This document shows, piece by piece, positions 10,133-19,772 of a DNA stretch of 64,000 nucleotides. The position numbers and the translations under genes were made by a program. The first letter of the stretch is position 1; each line of letters begins with the position of its first letter. The DNA comes from a virus: the IMG/VR virus record IMGVR_UViG_3300025928_000005, positions 47,342 through 111,341 of that record. One strand, 5' to 3'. The notes under the pieces are model-generated. The model was not told the DNA's origin, did no database searches, and worked only from the letters and a program-made list of their open reading frames with translations.

Positions 10133-10316
10133 CCCCCGCCTCGTTCTCCGCCCAGAGCTCTCGCTGCAGCCGCCGCGCGGCCACCTTCACCTCGTTCTTG
10201 AGCGCCTTGGCGCTCGCGTACCCCAGGGCCGCCGCGATCTCCGCCCACGTGGCGCCGCGCTCCTGCGCGTCGTTGATCAGACGCAGCTTGAGCATCAGCT
10301 CCTCACGTGGGGTCAA
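10113..10316 (-). CDS. small HTH-like protein
   Basis: GATWAEIAAALG. Confidence 0.5.
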   Translation of the reverse strand: MTPREELMLKLRLINDAQERGATWAEIAAALGYASAKALKNEVKVAARRLQRELWAENEAGVAGGVD

Positions 10317-10647
10317 CCTCGTCCTCCTCGTCCACGTCCTCCGGGTAGACCACGCGGCTCGCGTCCCAGGACTGCCAGTAGCTGAACTCGACGACGTCCC
10401 CATCGCCGTTGAGCTTGCCGGCCGCGAGGCGGGGGCAGGCCGGGGTGCTGGCGCCGGCGTGGATGCCGGCGCAGAAGCGGCAGAGGCCGCCGTCGGCGGC
10501 GACCTGCTCGAGCTCCTCGCGGTCCTCGCGGCTCACCGGCAGGCGGGGCTGCCCGGTGAGCAGGCGCTGGGCGCTGCTGACCGCGGCGAGCGCGGCGAGG
10601 TCGAGCTGTGACTGCGGCGCGCCGCCGCCGCCCTGCGGCAGGGTCAT
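10303..10647 (-). CDS. hypothetical protein (CxxC..H..C)
   Basis: start overlaps upstream stop; CRFCAGIH..ACPR. Confidence 0.55.
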   Translation of the reverse strand: MTLPQGGGGAPQSQLDLAALAAVSSAQRLLTGQPRLPVSREDREELEQVAADGGLCRFCAGIHAGASTPACPRLAAGKLNGDGDVVEFSYWQSWDASRVVYPEDVDEEDEVDPT

Positions 10648-11891
10648 CAGTAGGCTCCCACGAGCGGCACGAAGCCGGTGTTGGTTCCCACCGTCGTGGG
10701 GTTGAAGGACGCAGGCAGCGCGGTCTGGCCGTTGAGGTAGAACGCGCGTCGGTTGCCGGCGTTGGTGACGCCGAGGCCCATGTACGGGGCGTTGGAGTCG
10801 TTCGCGCCCAGGGCGTAGGGCACGTTGACGCCGGTGAAGCCACCGAGGATGTAGAGGATGTAGACGAACCGCCCGGTCGCCTGCGCCGGCACGGCGGTGA
10901 TGCCGCCGCTGGTCCACCCCGCGACGTTCCACAGGTTGTTGTCGTTAGGGGACGCGTGAAGCTGGACGCCCGTGTCGTCGTAGATGCCGAGCTGGTTGGG
11001 CACCGTGGACGTCGAGTAGGTGCCGCCGGTGCGGATCGCCGCGACGAGGGTGGAGAGGGCGGTGTTGGCCGGCACCCAGCAGCGCGCGCCGAACACGGTG
11101 CCGCTGGCGAGGGCGGAGGAGTTCTGGAAGAGCAGGGGATCGTCGCTGGCGGTCAGCAGCCCGTAGCCGCTCAGGGGGAACGTCGCGCCGCCGGCCGCGG
11201 GTGCGGCCCACTTGATGCCGGTGGTCTGCGCCGAGTCGGCGGTGAGAACGTAGGTGTCGGTGCCGACGGCCTCGCGGGTGATGGTGCTCGCCGCGGTGGC
11301 GACCAGCAGGTCGCCCTTCGCCGTGGCCGTGGTGTCCTGGATGGCGTTGACGAGACGCGCGTCGTTGCCGGCGGCCACGGTGCCGGCCGTGGTGCCGACG
11401 TTGAGGGTCGCCGCCCCGCCGAGGCCGAGGTTGGTGCGTGAGGTGCCCGCGTTGGCGACGTCGCTCAGGTTGTTCGCGGCCTGGAGGGCGCCGGTGATCC
11501 GGGTGTCGTTGCCGGCGGCGGCGGTGCCGGCCGTCGTGCCGAGCTGATAGACCTGGTACCAGACCGCGGCGGCGGTCGCGACGCTCTCGGCGACGAAGTA
11601 GGCGGCGGTGAGGGTGTTGAGCCAGATGGAGCCGACGGTGTAGCCCTGAGTGCCGTCGTTGCCGGTTCCCGGGTTCGTGACCGCGGTGAGGTTGTTCTTC
11701 TGGCTGGTGAACTGCGTGGGTGCGGGCCACGCGCCGTTCGCCTTGGGGCCATAGAACACGGACGGGTTCGTCGTGTCGAGGTAGAAGTCGCCGTTGAAGC
11801 CGAGGGAGCTGGCGGGTGCGCCGGTGCCGGACAGCCAGCCGTTGCCCCGCGGGCCGGCGGTGCCGGCCGTGGTGATGGTGACGTTGACCAC
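10647..11891 (-). CDS. virion fibre-like structural protein
   Basis: [24 protein letters not shown] and ANNLSDV / [12 protein letters not shown] repeats typical of phage fibres. Confidence 0.7.
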   Translation of the reverse strand: MVNVTITTAGTAGPRGNGWLSGTGAPASSLGFNGDFYLDTTNPSVFYGPKANGAWPAPTQFTSQKNNLTAVTNPGTGNDGTQGYTVGSIWLNTLTAAYFVAESVATAAAVWYQVYQLGTTAGTAAAGNDTRITGALQAANNLSDVANAGTSRTNLGLGGAATLNVGTTAGTVAAGNDARLVNAIQDTTATAKGDLLVATAASTITREAVGTDTYVLTADSAQTTGIKWAAPAAGGATFPLSGYGLLTASDDPLLFQNSSALASGTVFGARCWVPANTALSTLVAAIRTGGTYSTSTVPNQLGIYDDTGVQLHASPNDNNLWNVAGWTSGGITAVPAQATGRFVYILYILGGFTGVNVPYALGANDSNAPYMGLGVTNAGNRRAFYLNGQTALPASFNPTTVGTNTGFVPLVGAY

Positions 11892-11903
11892 GCGCGCTCC
11901 CTT

Positions 11904-12278
11904 CTAGGGTTGGGCGACCGTGCGGCCGTAGAAGACGCCGGCGACGAGCGCCGTGGCGTCACTGAGGTTCTGGTCCATCCACAGGGTGTAGTTGGCCCCG
12001 TACTCGGTGAGCAGGTTGGTCGCGGTGGGGGTCAGCACGACCTGCAGGGTGGCGGTGCTGCTCGTGACCGTGATGGTGCCGTAGGTGGTGGAGGTGGTGT
12101 TGTTGACGGAGAACACCGTGGCGTTGGAGATGGTGTTGCGCACGACGAGCTCGAACACCTTGTTGGTGATGTTGGTGAGGGAGCCGTCGTCGTTGGTGAC
12201 CTGGTAGCTCTGCGCCCACTGCGAGCCGATGGGTGAGACGGCCTGGAAGAAGTTGGGGAGCGGCGCGGGCTGGGTCAC
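11904..12278 (-). CDS. small virion protein (BppU-like beta domain)
   Basis: GTG overlaps terL stop; T-rich beta sequence. Confidence 0.55.
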   Translation of the reverse strand: MTQPAPLPNFFQAVSPIGSQWAQSYQVTNDDGSLTNITNKVFELVVRNTISNATVFSVNNTTSTTYGTITVTSSTATLQVVLTPTATNLLTEYGANYTLWMDQNLSDATALVAGVFYGRTVAQP

Positions 12279-13768
12279 GCGGCCTCCTCGACCGGGGCGC
12301 TGCAGTACGGGCACTTGTCGCGGGGCTTGCCGCCGAGCGTCTTGGTGAAGGGACGGTCGCACCGCTCGCACTTGATGACGCCGTAGGCGTCGAGCCAGGA
12401 GCCGCCGATGAGGTCCTTGAGGTCGTACATGCCCCAGACGAGGGCGTCCATGCGGTCTGGGGACTCCTTGTCGCCGGGGGCCCACGTGCACATCTCGTCC
12501 TCGAGCTGCGGGAACATGCCGACGTGGTGGACGCGGTGCTGCTCGTAGAGGGCGGAGACCGGCTCGGCGCGGGTGTTCTTGCCGCGGCTGGCGCGGACGG
12601 ACCGGAAGGCGACGTTGTTGTCGATGGTGCGGACGACGGTGCCGATGTAGTCGCCGCCGTTGTTGACCTCGGCGACGATGCGGTCGGCCTCGAACTCGTG
12701 GTAGGCGTCGACGGCGCGGGTCATGCACTGCTTGGGGGTGCCGCGCATGGTGTAGTCGGCGAGGACGTAGCCGTGGCCCTCACGGTCGGCGGCGCAGACG
12801 ACGATGCCGGTGAGGTCGCTGGTCTCGCCCTCGGTGACGGCGGGGTCGACGCCGACGACGACGCGAACGAGGTCGAGGTCCCTGCGGGCCTCGAGGGGGA
12901 GGCGGTCGGCCTCGAGCCACTCGCGCTTCCACAGGGCGTTGTCGCGGTTCTCGAGGATCTCGGCGTCGAGCTCCTGCAGGCCGAGCTGCGTGCCGAGCAT
13001 CGGGGCGATGACGTTGGCCTTGTAGCTGTCGCTGAGGTTCTCGAGGTTGTCGACGGTGCGGCCACGGGTGACGATGACGTTGTCGCGCTGCATTAGGCCG
13101 GGCGTCGCGAGGTTGGTGTCGGAGACGCGAAGCAGGGCGACGGGCCGCGGGGTGGTGGCGACGACGATGCGGCTGACGTAGTCGAGCGGCCAGTCGGCGC
13201 GGCGCGGGAGGCGGGTGGCGATGGTGAGGTTGGACCACGTGGTGTCGGCCGCGGTGCCCTTGTGGGCGTCGGCCCAGAAGCAGGACTCGTCACCCCAGGC
13301 GAAGTGGAACTGGGGGCCGCGGAGCTGCCAGGGCTTCTCCGCCGAGTAGGTGAAGAACTTGCTGCCGTTCTCGAGGTAGAGCTCTCCGAGGGAGCGGTTC
13401 CACGCGCCGGTGATCTTGCCGCCGCGGAGCTCGGTCTGCTTGAAGCAGTTGAGCAGCCCCGAGTCACCCTCGATCATGGTGTCGCGGGTGTCGCCGATGG
13501 TGCGGGCGACGAGGGCGATGCGGCAACCGGGGTAGCGCCGGGCCTTCTCGGCCATGAGCTCGGCGGCGGTGCGGGACTTGCCCCAGCCGCGGCCGGCGAG
13601 GATCAGCCAGACGAACCAGTCGCCCTCGGGCTCGAGCTGGTCGGGGCGGGCGGCCTCGCGCCAGGTTTTCTTGTGGCCGTCCCCGTTGTCGAGGTCGACC
13701 TTCTTCTGCTGCAGCTCGCGGAGGCGGCGGAGCTTGTCGAGCTTGACCTCGAGGAGGGTGTCGGCCAC
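12275..13768 (-). CDS. terL: terminase large subunit
   Basis: Walker A AGRGWGKS, LRGPQFHFAWGDE, nuclease VGVDPA, SPDRMDALVW. Confidence 0.95.
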   Translation of the reverse strand: MADTLLEVKLDKLRRLRELQQKKVDLDNGDGHKKTWREAARPDQLEPEGDWFVWLILAGRGWGKSRTAAELMAEKARRYPGCRIALVARTIGDTRDTMIEGDSGLLNCFKQTELRGGKITGAWNRSLGELYLENGSKFFTYSAEKPWQLRGPQFHFAWGDESCFWADAHKGTAADTTWSNLTIATRLPRRADWPLDYVSRIVVATTPRPVALLRVSDTNLATPGLMQRDNVIVTRGRTVDNLENLSDSYKANVIAPMLGTQLGLQELDAEILENRDNALWKREWLEADRLPLEARRDLDLVRVVVGVDPAVTEGETSDLTGIVVCAADREGHGYVLADYTMRGTPKQCMTRAVDAYHEFEADRIVAEVNNGGDYIGTVVRTIDNNVAFRSVRASRGKNTRAEPVSALYEQHRVHHVGMFPQLEDEMCTWAPGDKESPDRMDALVWGMYDLKDLIGGSWLDAYGVIKCERCDRPFTKTLGGKPRDKCPYCSAPVEEAA

Positions 13769-13785
13769 GGCACCCTCCTCAATTG

Positions 13786-13814
13786 TTTACAATTGTGTTT
13801 CACCGTGATACGAT
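13786..13814 (+). promoter_or_regulatory. phage promoter TTTACA-N17-TACGAT, antisense to terminase operon
   Basis: matches repeated promoter; followed by CAGGAATCGAGGAAGGAG leader. Confidence 0.65.
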
Positions 13815-13844
13815 CGCGTCAGGAATCGAGGAAGGAGACGACTC

Positions 13845-13988
13845 GTGGACTTCGAGGCCAGTGAGGACGACTTTCAGAGCTGGACGCCGTGCGAGATGTA
13901 TGGTCACGACTACTCGCTGTGCGACCTGGACGACGGCACGACGGTCTACAGCTGCAGTGAGTGCGGCGAACCCGGCGATTCAGACTAG
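13845..13988 (+). CDS. 47-aa acidic Zn-finger-like protein (not in ORF track)
   Basis: VDFEASEDDFQSWTPCEMYGHDYSLCDLDDGTTVYSCSECGEPGDSD; own promoter and AAGGAG RBS. Confidence 0.6.
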   Translation: MDFEASEDDFQSWTPCEMYGHDYSLCDLDDGTTVYSCSECGEPGDSD

Positions 13989-14530
13989 ATCAAGTTGATC
14001 TTACGGGCCTCGGCGAGCTCGCGCTCGAGCTTCGCGATCTCCGCGTCGACGCTGTCGACGCTGATGATCTCGGCCTTGGTGGGCGCGTCGAGGCCCAGGA
14101 GGCGCGCCCGCCGCTCCTTGATCTTGAGAATGCGGTCGACGATCTCCATGAGGAGGCGCTTGTCCGGAACGGGCAGGCCCTCCTCGTCGACGATGATCCG
14201 GCCCTGCTGGACGAGGCGCGGATTGGCCTGCAGCTCCCGCCAGCAGATGGCCTCGAGCTCGTCGTAGCTCTGCAGCTCGAGGGCCCGCGTCTCGTCCGTC
14301 GCGAAGCGGACGGCGCGGGCCATCGCGCGCTTGATGCCGGCGGCGGCCCGGTCCTCGCTGGGGCCGTTCTCCCGCTTGCCGCCGTGCCACAGCTCGAGGT
14401 GGATCGCGATCTGCTCGAGCGTCCACCCGAGAGCCTTGAGGCGCGCCGCCTCGGCGTCCCGGGTGCGGCCGTAGCTATCCACCGGGCCGATGGGAAGGGG
14501 CATCAGGAGGCGCTCGTTCTCGGTGCTCAT
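13985..14530 (-). CDS. terS: terminase small subunit (HTH)
   Basis: HTH LGWTLEQIA, ERRARLLGLDAP motif; upstream of terL. Confidence 0.75.
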   Translation of the reverse strand: MSTENERLLMPLPIGPVDSYGRTRDAEAARLKALGWTLEQIAIHLELWHGGKRENGPSEDRAAAGIKRAMARAVRFATDETRALELQSYDELEAICWRELQANPRLVQQGRIIVDEEGLPVPDKRLLMEIVDRILKIKERRARLLGLDAPTKAEIISVDSVDAEIAKLERELAEARKINLI

Positions 14531-14619
14531 CCGATCCTCCCTCTGGGTCCAGGTATGCGACGACCCCACCCCCGGGGGACAGGGGTGGGGTCGTCATCTC
14601 CTCCGGGCGGTGGAGGTCT

Positions 14620-15333
<714 letters not shown>

Positions 15334-15478
15334 TCACCCACGGTCGGTCGCCGCTCTCGCGGTACCGAGCTGGGGCGCTGACCGCAGCCATCGGCAGGCT
15401 GTTGAGACAGGTCACCTCTTGGCGATAGTATACCTCGTCACAATCAGCGTTGCCATCAACCGGTGGCTGCGCGGCCTG

Positions 15479-15507
15479 AACCTATCAACCATTGAAGATC
15501 AAGTAAA
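15479..15507 (-). promoter_or_regulatory. promoter TTTACT-N17-TAGGTT upstream of rpf
   Basis: variant of the repeated promoter, in an intergenic gap. Confidence 0.45.
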
Positions 15508-15532
15508 CACCTGAGGTACGAGGAATAACACT

Positions 15533-15814
15533 TCAGTCGGCGGCGTCGATCTGGCCGGCGACCGCCTCGTGAGCCTTGATCAGCTTCTCGGCGAGGTAGA
15601 CCCGTACGTGACGCTTGCGGGAGCCGTTGACGCGCTTGCCGACCGGCCGCAGCTTGATCAGGTCGATGAGGCTGCGGACCTGGCCCTCGCTGAGGTTGGG
15701 CGGCCCGAGCAGCTCGGCCGCGTCGTACACGGACCAGTACTCCGTGGCGAGGGTGGGAACGACCGGCAGGTCACGCGAGGACCAGCCGCGGCGGGGTGAG
15801 GTGGGGTCAGTCAC
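15533..15814 (-). CDS. putative HTH DNA-binding protein
   Basis: WSVYDAAELLG..QVRSL..VRVY, MerR-like pattern. Confidence 0.55.
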   Translation of the reverse strand: MTDPTSPRRGWSSRDLPVVPTLATEYWSVYDAAELLGPPNLSEGQVRSLIDLIKLRPVGKRVNGSRKRHVRVYLAEKLIKAHEAVAGQIDAAD

Positions 15815-16470
15815 GAGGCGATCCCTACGTCTTGAGTGGCTGAGGCAGGCAGGCCGACGGTGCCGTCTCGCCAGGCGAGGACCCAGTCCTGGGTCACGAC
15901 CGAGTAATCCATGCGGGCGACGGGGCGGCGCTCGTCACCGTCGGCGCAGGCTGGGTTGACGCACCGGACCTCGCCGCGGCTGGACCAGAACCGCAGGGTG
16001 AGGCAGCTACAATAAGGGCAGCGAGCCTCCGACTGGCCGACGTTCCGGGGCAGCCGACGGGGGACGTCCCGCTCCCCGAGGACGACCAGGGAGCGTGAGC
16101 ACCAGCCACCGAGCTGGTGGGCGGGCTCGAGGAGCCACGAGTCCTGGACGGCCTCGGCGAGGTTGCCGATCGCCCGCAAGGCGAAGATCGTGTTGGCGTC
16201 GTCACCGCCGCGGGCGTGCCAGCGCATGCCGGCGAGGTCGCGAAGGTCGTTCTCGAGGTAGCGAGCGAGCGCGTGCAGCTCGAGGACGAGGTGAGCCACC
16301 GGGGCGTTCCACGGGGGCTGCGAGTGGTCGATCCGACCGGACCGACCCCGACCACCGAGCCGGCTGACCGCGGTCGCGATGATCGCGGCCAGCCGGGCGT
16401 TGAGGTCGACGGCGCTGCTGACCGCGTCGAGCAACCGATCGCGGCCCGTTGATCTTACGGGCTCCGTCAT
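15811..16470 (-). CDS. hypothetical protein with CxxC..C..C (possible late regulator)
   Basis: SQPPWN, CPYC..TL..VRCVNPAC; coupled to HTH gene. Confidence 0.55.
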   Translation of the reverse strand: MTEPVRSTGRDRLLDAVSSAVDLNARLAAIIATAVSRLGGRGRSGRIDHSQPPWNAPVAHLVLELHALARYLENDLRDLAGMRWHARGGDDANTIFALRAIGNLAEAVQDSWLLEPAHQLGGWCSRSLVVLGERDVPRRLPRNVGQSEARCPYCSCLTLRFWSSRGEVRCVNPACADGDERRPVARMDYSVVTQDWVLAWRDGTVGLPASATQDVGIAS

Positions 16471-16508
16471 GGTGCGATAGTATCACCGCACTGACCATCG
16501 TTCGCTGA

Positions 16509-16964
16509 TCAGAAGTTACCGTTCGATACCTGAAGGCAGGGGATCCCGACCACGTTTCGCCACAGGTCGACGACCTGGTTGCGGTCGTCGAAAGCGGCGA
16601 TGACGTTGAACCTGGGCTGGATCAGAACGTAGAAGAGGTGCCGCTTCAGGTCGACATCCCTAGCGTAGCGCCACTCGTCGGTGTCGGGTCGCAGGTAGAG
16701 GCTGTGCTTCACGACCTCACGGCTCAGCCGACCGTGCAGGTGGGCCGTGATGAAGTCGGTGGTCGCGTCGTGGCAGACGACGTTGCGGCCGGACGCGAAC
16801 ACGAGCTCGTCGCCGACGTCGAGCAGGGCCCGCGCGACGGCGAGCACGGGCTCGTTGGGGAGGTCCTCGTGGACCCGGTCCCAGTCGTAGGGCCCGCGGC
16901 CGCCCGGGGCCCGCAGGGCCAGGGTGCCGTCGACGTCGAACAGCCAGGCTCGCCTTCTCGCCAC
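16509..16964 (-). CDS. HAD phosphatase like the 3'-phosphatase domain of phage polynucleotide kinase (PseT)
   Basis: FDVDGTLA, ASGR, D..LK, FDDRNQVVDLWR..GIPCLQV..GNF; no kinase P-loop. Confidence 0.85.
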   Translation of the reverse strand: MARRRAWLFDVDGTLALRAPGGRGPYDWDRVHEDLPNEPVLAVARALLDVGDELVFASGRNVVCHDATTDFITAHLHGRLSREVVKHSLYLRPDTDEWRYARDVDLKRHLFYVLIQPRFNVIAAFDDRNQVVDLWRNVVGIPCLQVSNGNF

Positions 16965-17210
16965 GTGTCTGCTCCGTTTCCTAGATACGACGATGGGGCC
17001 GGGTTGACCCGGCCCCACCATCTCTCCGCGCTCACATCCAAGGTGATGAGATTACTGTACCACTGATGTATCGCCTCTACCAGCGACTCGCCCGGCGAAG
17101 CAGCCAGAGCCAGAAGCCGAGGCGGTGCCGTCGCCGGCGTCGTCGGCGCACCTCAGCCACGACCTGGCAGCGCGGGAAGCTGCAGCCACCGGCGCACCAA
17201 ACGGCGCACC

Positions 17211-18917
17211 TCAGCTCTCCCACGGCCAGCGCCCCGCCTGGCCGGCCTCGAGGGTCAACGGCAGCCCGAACATGGCGTCGGTCAGGCCGCCAAGCTCGTG
17301 ACGGTTGCTGCCCGGCGTGACCGGCATCATCGTGTTCTTGTAGCCGGCGAGGTTGAACGCGTAGATCGGCACGTTCCGCGGGGCAGCCGAGTCGACGTCA
17401 CCCACCCCGTAGTTTCCCATCGTCTGACAGTCGGTCAGGATGATGACGCGGCTGTGCTCAGGCCGCAGCGTCTCGCGGACCGCCCTCGCGATCTCGGTGC
17501 CGCCGCCGGCGCTCCCCTGGTATCGCTTGAACGTTTCCACCGCCTTGAGCAGGCTCGTGCCTGGCTCGACACCGGTGACGTGGAACTGCGTGTTCGCGAA
17601 GCCCCACGCGTCGACGCCGGCCGGGTTCCGGATCTTCAGGGCGAGCCCGAAGAGCGCGGCCGCGGTCGAGTAGTCCATCTTGGAGTTTTCGGACAGCTTG
17701 CCCCAGGTCATCGACGCGGAGGTGTCGATGAGCACGAGGGTCCGGCCCGGCAGTACGGGCACGTTCGCCAGGGAGTGGTTCACGGCCTGCTCCAGGGCGT
17801 GGCCCCACCGCAGGGACGGGGCCTCGAGGTAGGCGTTGAGGAACCGGAACGGCAGCTGACGGCTCTTCCGGATCTGCTCCGGGTCGGCGAGCCGCGTCAG
17901 GAGCGGTCCGATCACCGAGTCCGGGACGCCGGCCTGGTCGAGGCCGCGCAGGTTGCGCAGCAGGGCCATGTAGCCGAGCTTGGGCAGCGCGAGCTGCCAG
18001 ATCTCGGCGTCGGTGACGGCGCGGCCCTCGCTCGGCTTCTCGCCGAGCCACGACTTGAGCCACTCCCACTGGCCGACCATCGCCCCGTGGATCAGGTCGA
18101 GGGCGACCTGGTCGTCCGCGAGGGCGCGGCGCGCGAGGTCGTGCCGCTCGCTGGGGGTCAGGCGCGCCATCGCCCACCGGACCCGGACGTGGGTCAGGGA
18201 CTCGGGCGGCTCCGCCCCGTCGCGGCCGTGCCGGGCGGTGATCGCCCACCGGAACAGGTCGTCCTGCCAGGTGCGCTCCGCGCCGGGGGTGCGGACGTCG
18301 GCGTGGGTCAGCTCGAGGACGTCGCCGAACCGCAGGGCCTTGCCCTCACCGTCGTAGCGCAGGAACGCGGCCTCGTCGTAGAGGCGCGTGACGGCGTCGG
18401 CGACGCCGCGCTTGACCGGCTTCGGCAGCTTGACGACGATCGTGCCGTCGGGGCGGGTGACGCCGAACCGGTGCCGCCAGTAGGCGAGGAGCTCGCCCGG
18501 CTCATCGGGGCGCTGCAGCACCGACGTGACCAGCTCGCGGTTGCCGTCACCGTGCAGGCCGGCGGTGAGCCGGGCGTGCACGGCCTCCGCGGCGAGCAGG
18601 ATCGACGCGGTGCGGATGTTGCCCGGGCCGCGCAGCCACGAGAGGAAGACCCGCACCCACGGCCACGTCTCCTCGTTGACGGCGAGCTGGGCCACGAGCT
18701 CCCGCAGGCGCTGCACGTTCTCGTCCGCGGTGTCGTAGAAGCCCCTCTCACCAGCGAACCGCGAGACCGCCCGCCTGAAGAGCTCGGACTGCGCGTCGCT
18801 CTGGAAGCCGGGCGCGCCCTCGTGGGTGAGCCCGTCCGGGGTCGCGCTGAGCGTCCGCAGCGGGCCGCTCGCGGCCGCGCGCCGCGGTTGGGTCGATGCC
18901 TTGTTGAATCCTGCCAC
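17211..18917 (-). CDS. rsr: Ro60/Rsr TROVE-domain RNA-binding protein with vWA domain
   Basis: THEGAPG, LQRPDEPGELLAY, LPKPVKRGVADA, YMALLRNLR, SRQLPFRF, MIDAS DTSASM, GGGT, ILTD; GTG with GAGAGG RBS. Confidence 0.93.
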   Translation of the reverse strand: MAGFNKASTQPRRAAASGPLRTLSATPDGLTHEGAPGFQSDAQSELFRRAVSRFAGERGFYDTADENVQRLRELVAQLAVNEETWPWVRVFLSWLRGPGNIRTASILLAAEAVHARLTAGLHGDGNRELVTSVLQRPDEPGELLAYWRHRFGVTRPDGTIVVKLPKPVKRGVADAVTRLYDEAAFLRYDGEGKALRFGDVLELTHADVRTPGAERTWQDDLFRWAITARHGRDGAEPPESLTHVRVRWAMARLTPSERHDLARRALADDQVALDLIHGAMVGQWEWLKSWLGEKPSEGRAVTDAEIWQLALPKLGYMALLRNLRGLDQAGVPDSVIGPLLTRLADPEQIRKSRQLPFRFLNAYLEAPSLRWGHALEQAVNHSLANVPVLPGRTLVLIDTSASMTWGKLSENSKMDYSTAAALFGLALKIRNPAGVDAWGFANTQFHVTGVEPGTSLLKAVETFKRYQGSAGGGTEIARAVRETLRPEHSRVIILTDCQTMGNYGVGDVDSAAPRNVPIYAFNLAGYKNTMMPVTPGSNRHELGGLTDAMFGLPLTLEAGQAGRWPWES

Positions 18918-18946
18918 GTTCCGGGTTCCTCTCAGCTTGAACGAGA

Positions 18947-18986
18947 ACGAGGCCCCCACCAGCCGTTAAGCTGGTGGGGGCCTCGT
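18947..18986 (-). terminator. 17-bp perfect hairpin between RNA array and rsr
   Basis: ACGAGGCCCCCACCAGC / GCTGGTGGGGGCCTCGT. Confidence 0.6.
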
Positions 18987-19028
18987 GGTGGACGGTCTCA
19001 ACCGCCTGCCTTGTCGGTTGAGACCGAG

Positions 19029-19102
19029 TTGCGGGGACGGGATTTGAACCCGTGACCACTGGGTTATGAGCCCAGCGCGCTACCGAACTGCGCCACCCCG
19101 CT
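19029..19102 (-). tRNA. tRNA-Met(CAU), initiator-like
   Basis: cloverleaf; anticodon arm GGG-CUCAUAA-CCC (3 G-C pairs); 1:72 mismatch; no CCA. Confidence 0.93.
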
Positions 19103-19105
19103 GCA

Positions 19106-19206
19106 CGTGAGCTGGACCGGGACGAGACCTGAGGTGACGGGCGGCGTCTGTTTGCAACCAATTTGCGAAGTAGCCGCTCGTCCGCGCACCGTCCCGGCCG
19201 CTCACG
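19106..19206 (-). ncRNA. Y-RNA-like RNA A (minimal insert)
   Basis: terminal stem, GGUGCG, inner stem, CUACUUC, short hairpin, GGUCUC; scaffold shared with four others; next to Ro60. Confidence 0.7.
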
Positions 19207-19209
19207 AGA

Positions 19210-19290
19210 TCACCACGAGACCTGGGACGACCTGGGGCGACTCTTCAAATTAGCAGTTTGATATAGCCCCTGGTCTTTGCACCGTGGCGA
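19210..19290 (-). ncRNA. Y-RNA-like RNA B (anticodon-stem-loop-like insert)
   Basis: GGUGCA..CUAUAUC..GGUCUC scaffold; insert UCAAA-CUGCUAA-UUUGA. Confidence 0.7.
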
Positions 19291-19310
19291 AGCCTGTGTG
19301 TAGTTGTGGG

Positions 19311-19455
19311 TCGACGCGAGACCAGGTGGCTGGCGGCGTGATCCTCGAAATGCTGCCGATTACACCACGTCCCCGAGGGGACGGCGGGATTCGAACCCGC
19401 ACCTCAACCTAATCAGGGTTGTGTGAAGTAGTCGCTGGCCGTCGCACCGCGTCGA
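19311..19455 (-). ncRNA. yrlA: YrlA-type Y RNA C with permuted tRNA-like domain
   Basis: scaffold plus T arm GCGGG-UUCGAAU-CCCGC, loop-closed acceptor CGUCCCC-UC-GGGGACG, D-like arm. Confidence 0.82.
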
Positions 19456-19462
19456 TGAAGTT

Positions 19463-19548
19463 GTGGGAACCGACTGACCTGGGTTGCCCCGGCCCATAGG
19501 CTATGACCGCCGCGTCTGGTCTCACGCTCGGTTCTAGACGTGAGCCAC
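19463..19548 (-). ncRNA. putative structured RNA with pseudoknot
   Basis: CUCACG/CGUGAG hairpin whose loop GAACCGA complements downstream UCGGUUC; closing GUGG/CCAC. Confidence 0.4.
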
Positions 19549-19555
19549 GTTGCAT

Positions 19556-19686
19556 CACCTCGAGACCTGAGCGTCGGTCGGGGTAGCCGCTTGGCCGCTG
19601 CGGCGAACGACCGGGGTTGAGACCGGTCGATGGGATTCGAACCCATGATTCTTGTGGAAGTACCCGCTCGACTTCGCACCGAGGTG
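19556..19686 (-). ncRNA. yrlA: YrlA-type Y RNA D with permuted tRNA-like domain
   Basis: scaffold plus T arm AUGGG-UUCGAAU-CCCAU, loop-closed acceptor CGACCGG/CCGGUCG, D-like arm. Confidence 0.82.
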
Positions 19687-19693
19687 CCTTGCG

Positions 19694-19768
19694 TGGCTGC
19701 CGATGGACTTGAACCACCGACCCCCGCCTTATCAGGGCGGTGCTCTAACCTGTCTGAGCTAGACAGCC
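19694..19768 (-). tRNA. tRNA-Ile(GAU)
   Basis: GGCUGUC/GGCAGCC acceptor; CCGCC-CUGAUAA-GGCGG; T loop UUCAAGU. Confidence 0.93.
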
Positions 19769-19772
19769 GTAC

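Noticed and set aside
16509-18917. Complete RNA repair pathway (kinase plus RtcB or Rnl ligase)
   Set aside because: Only the phosphatase domain is present; no kinase or ligase is recognisable in this window.
19463-19548. Hammerhead or pistol ribozyme
   Set aside because: Core motifs such as CUGANGA..GAAA are absent; kept only as an unknown structured RNA.
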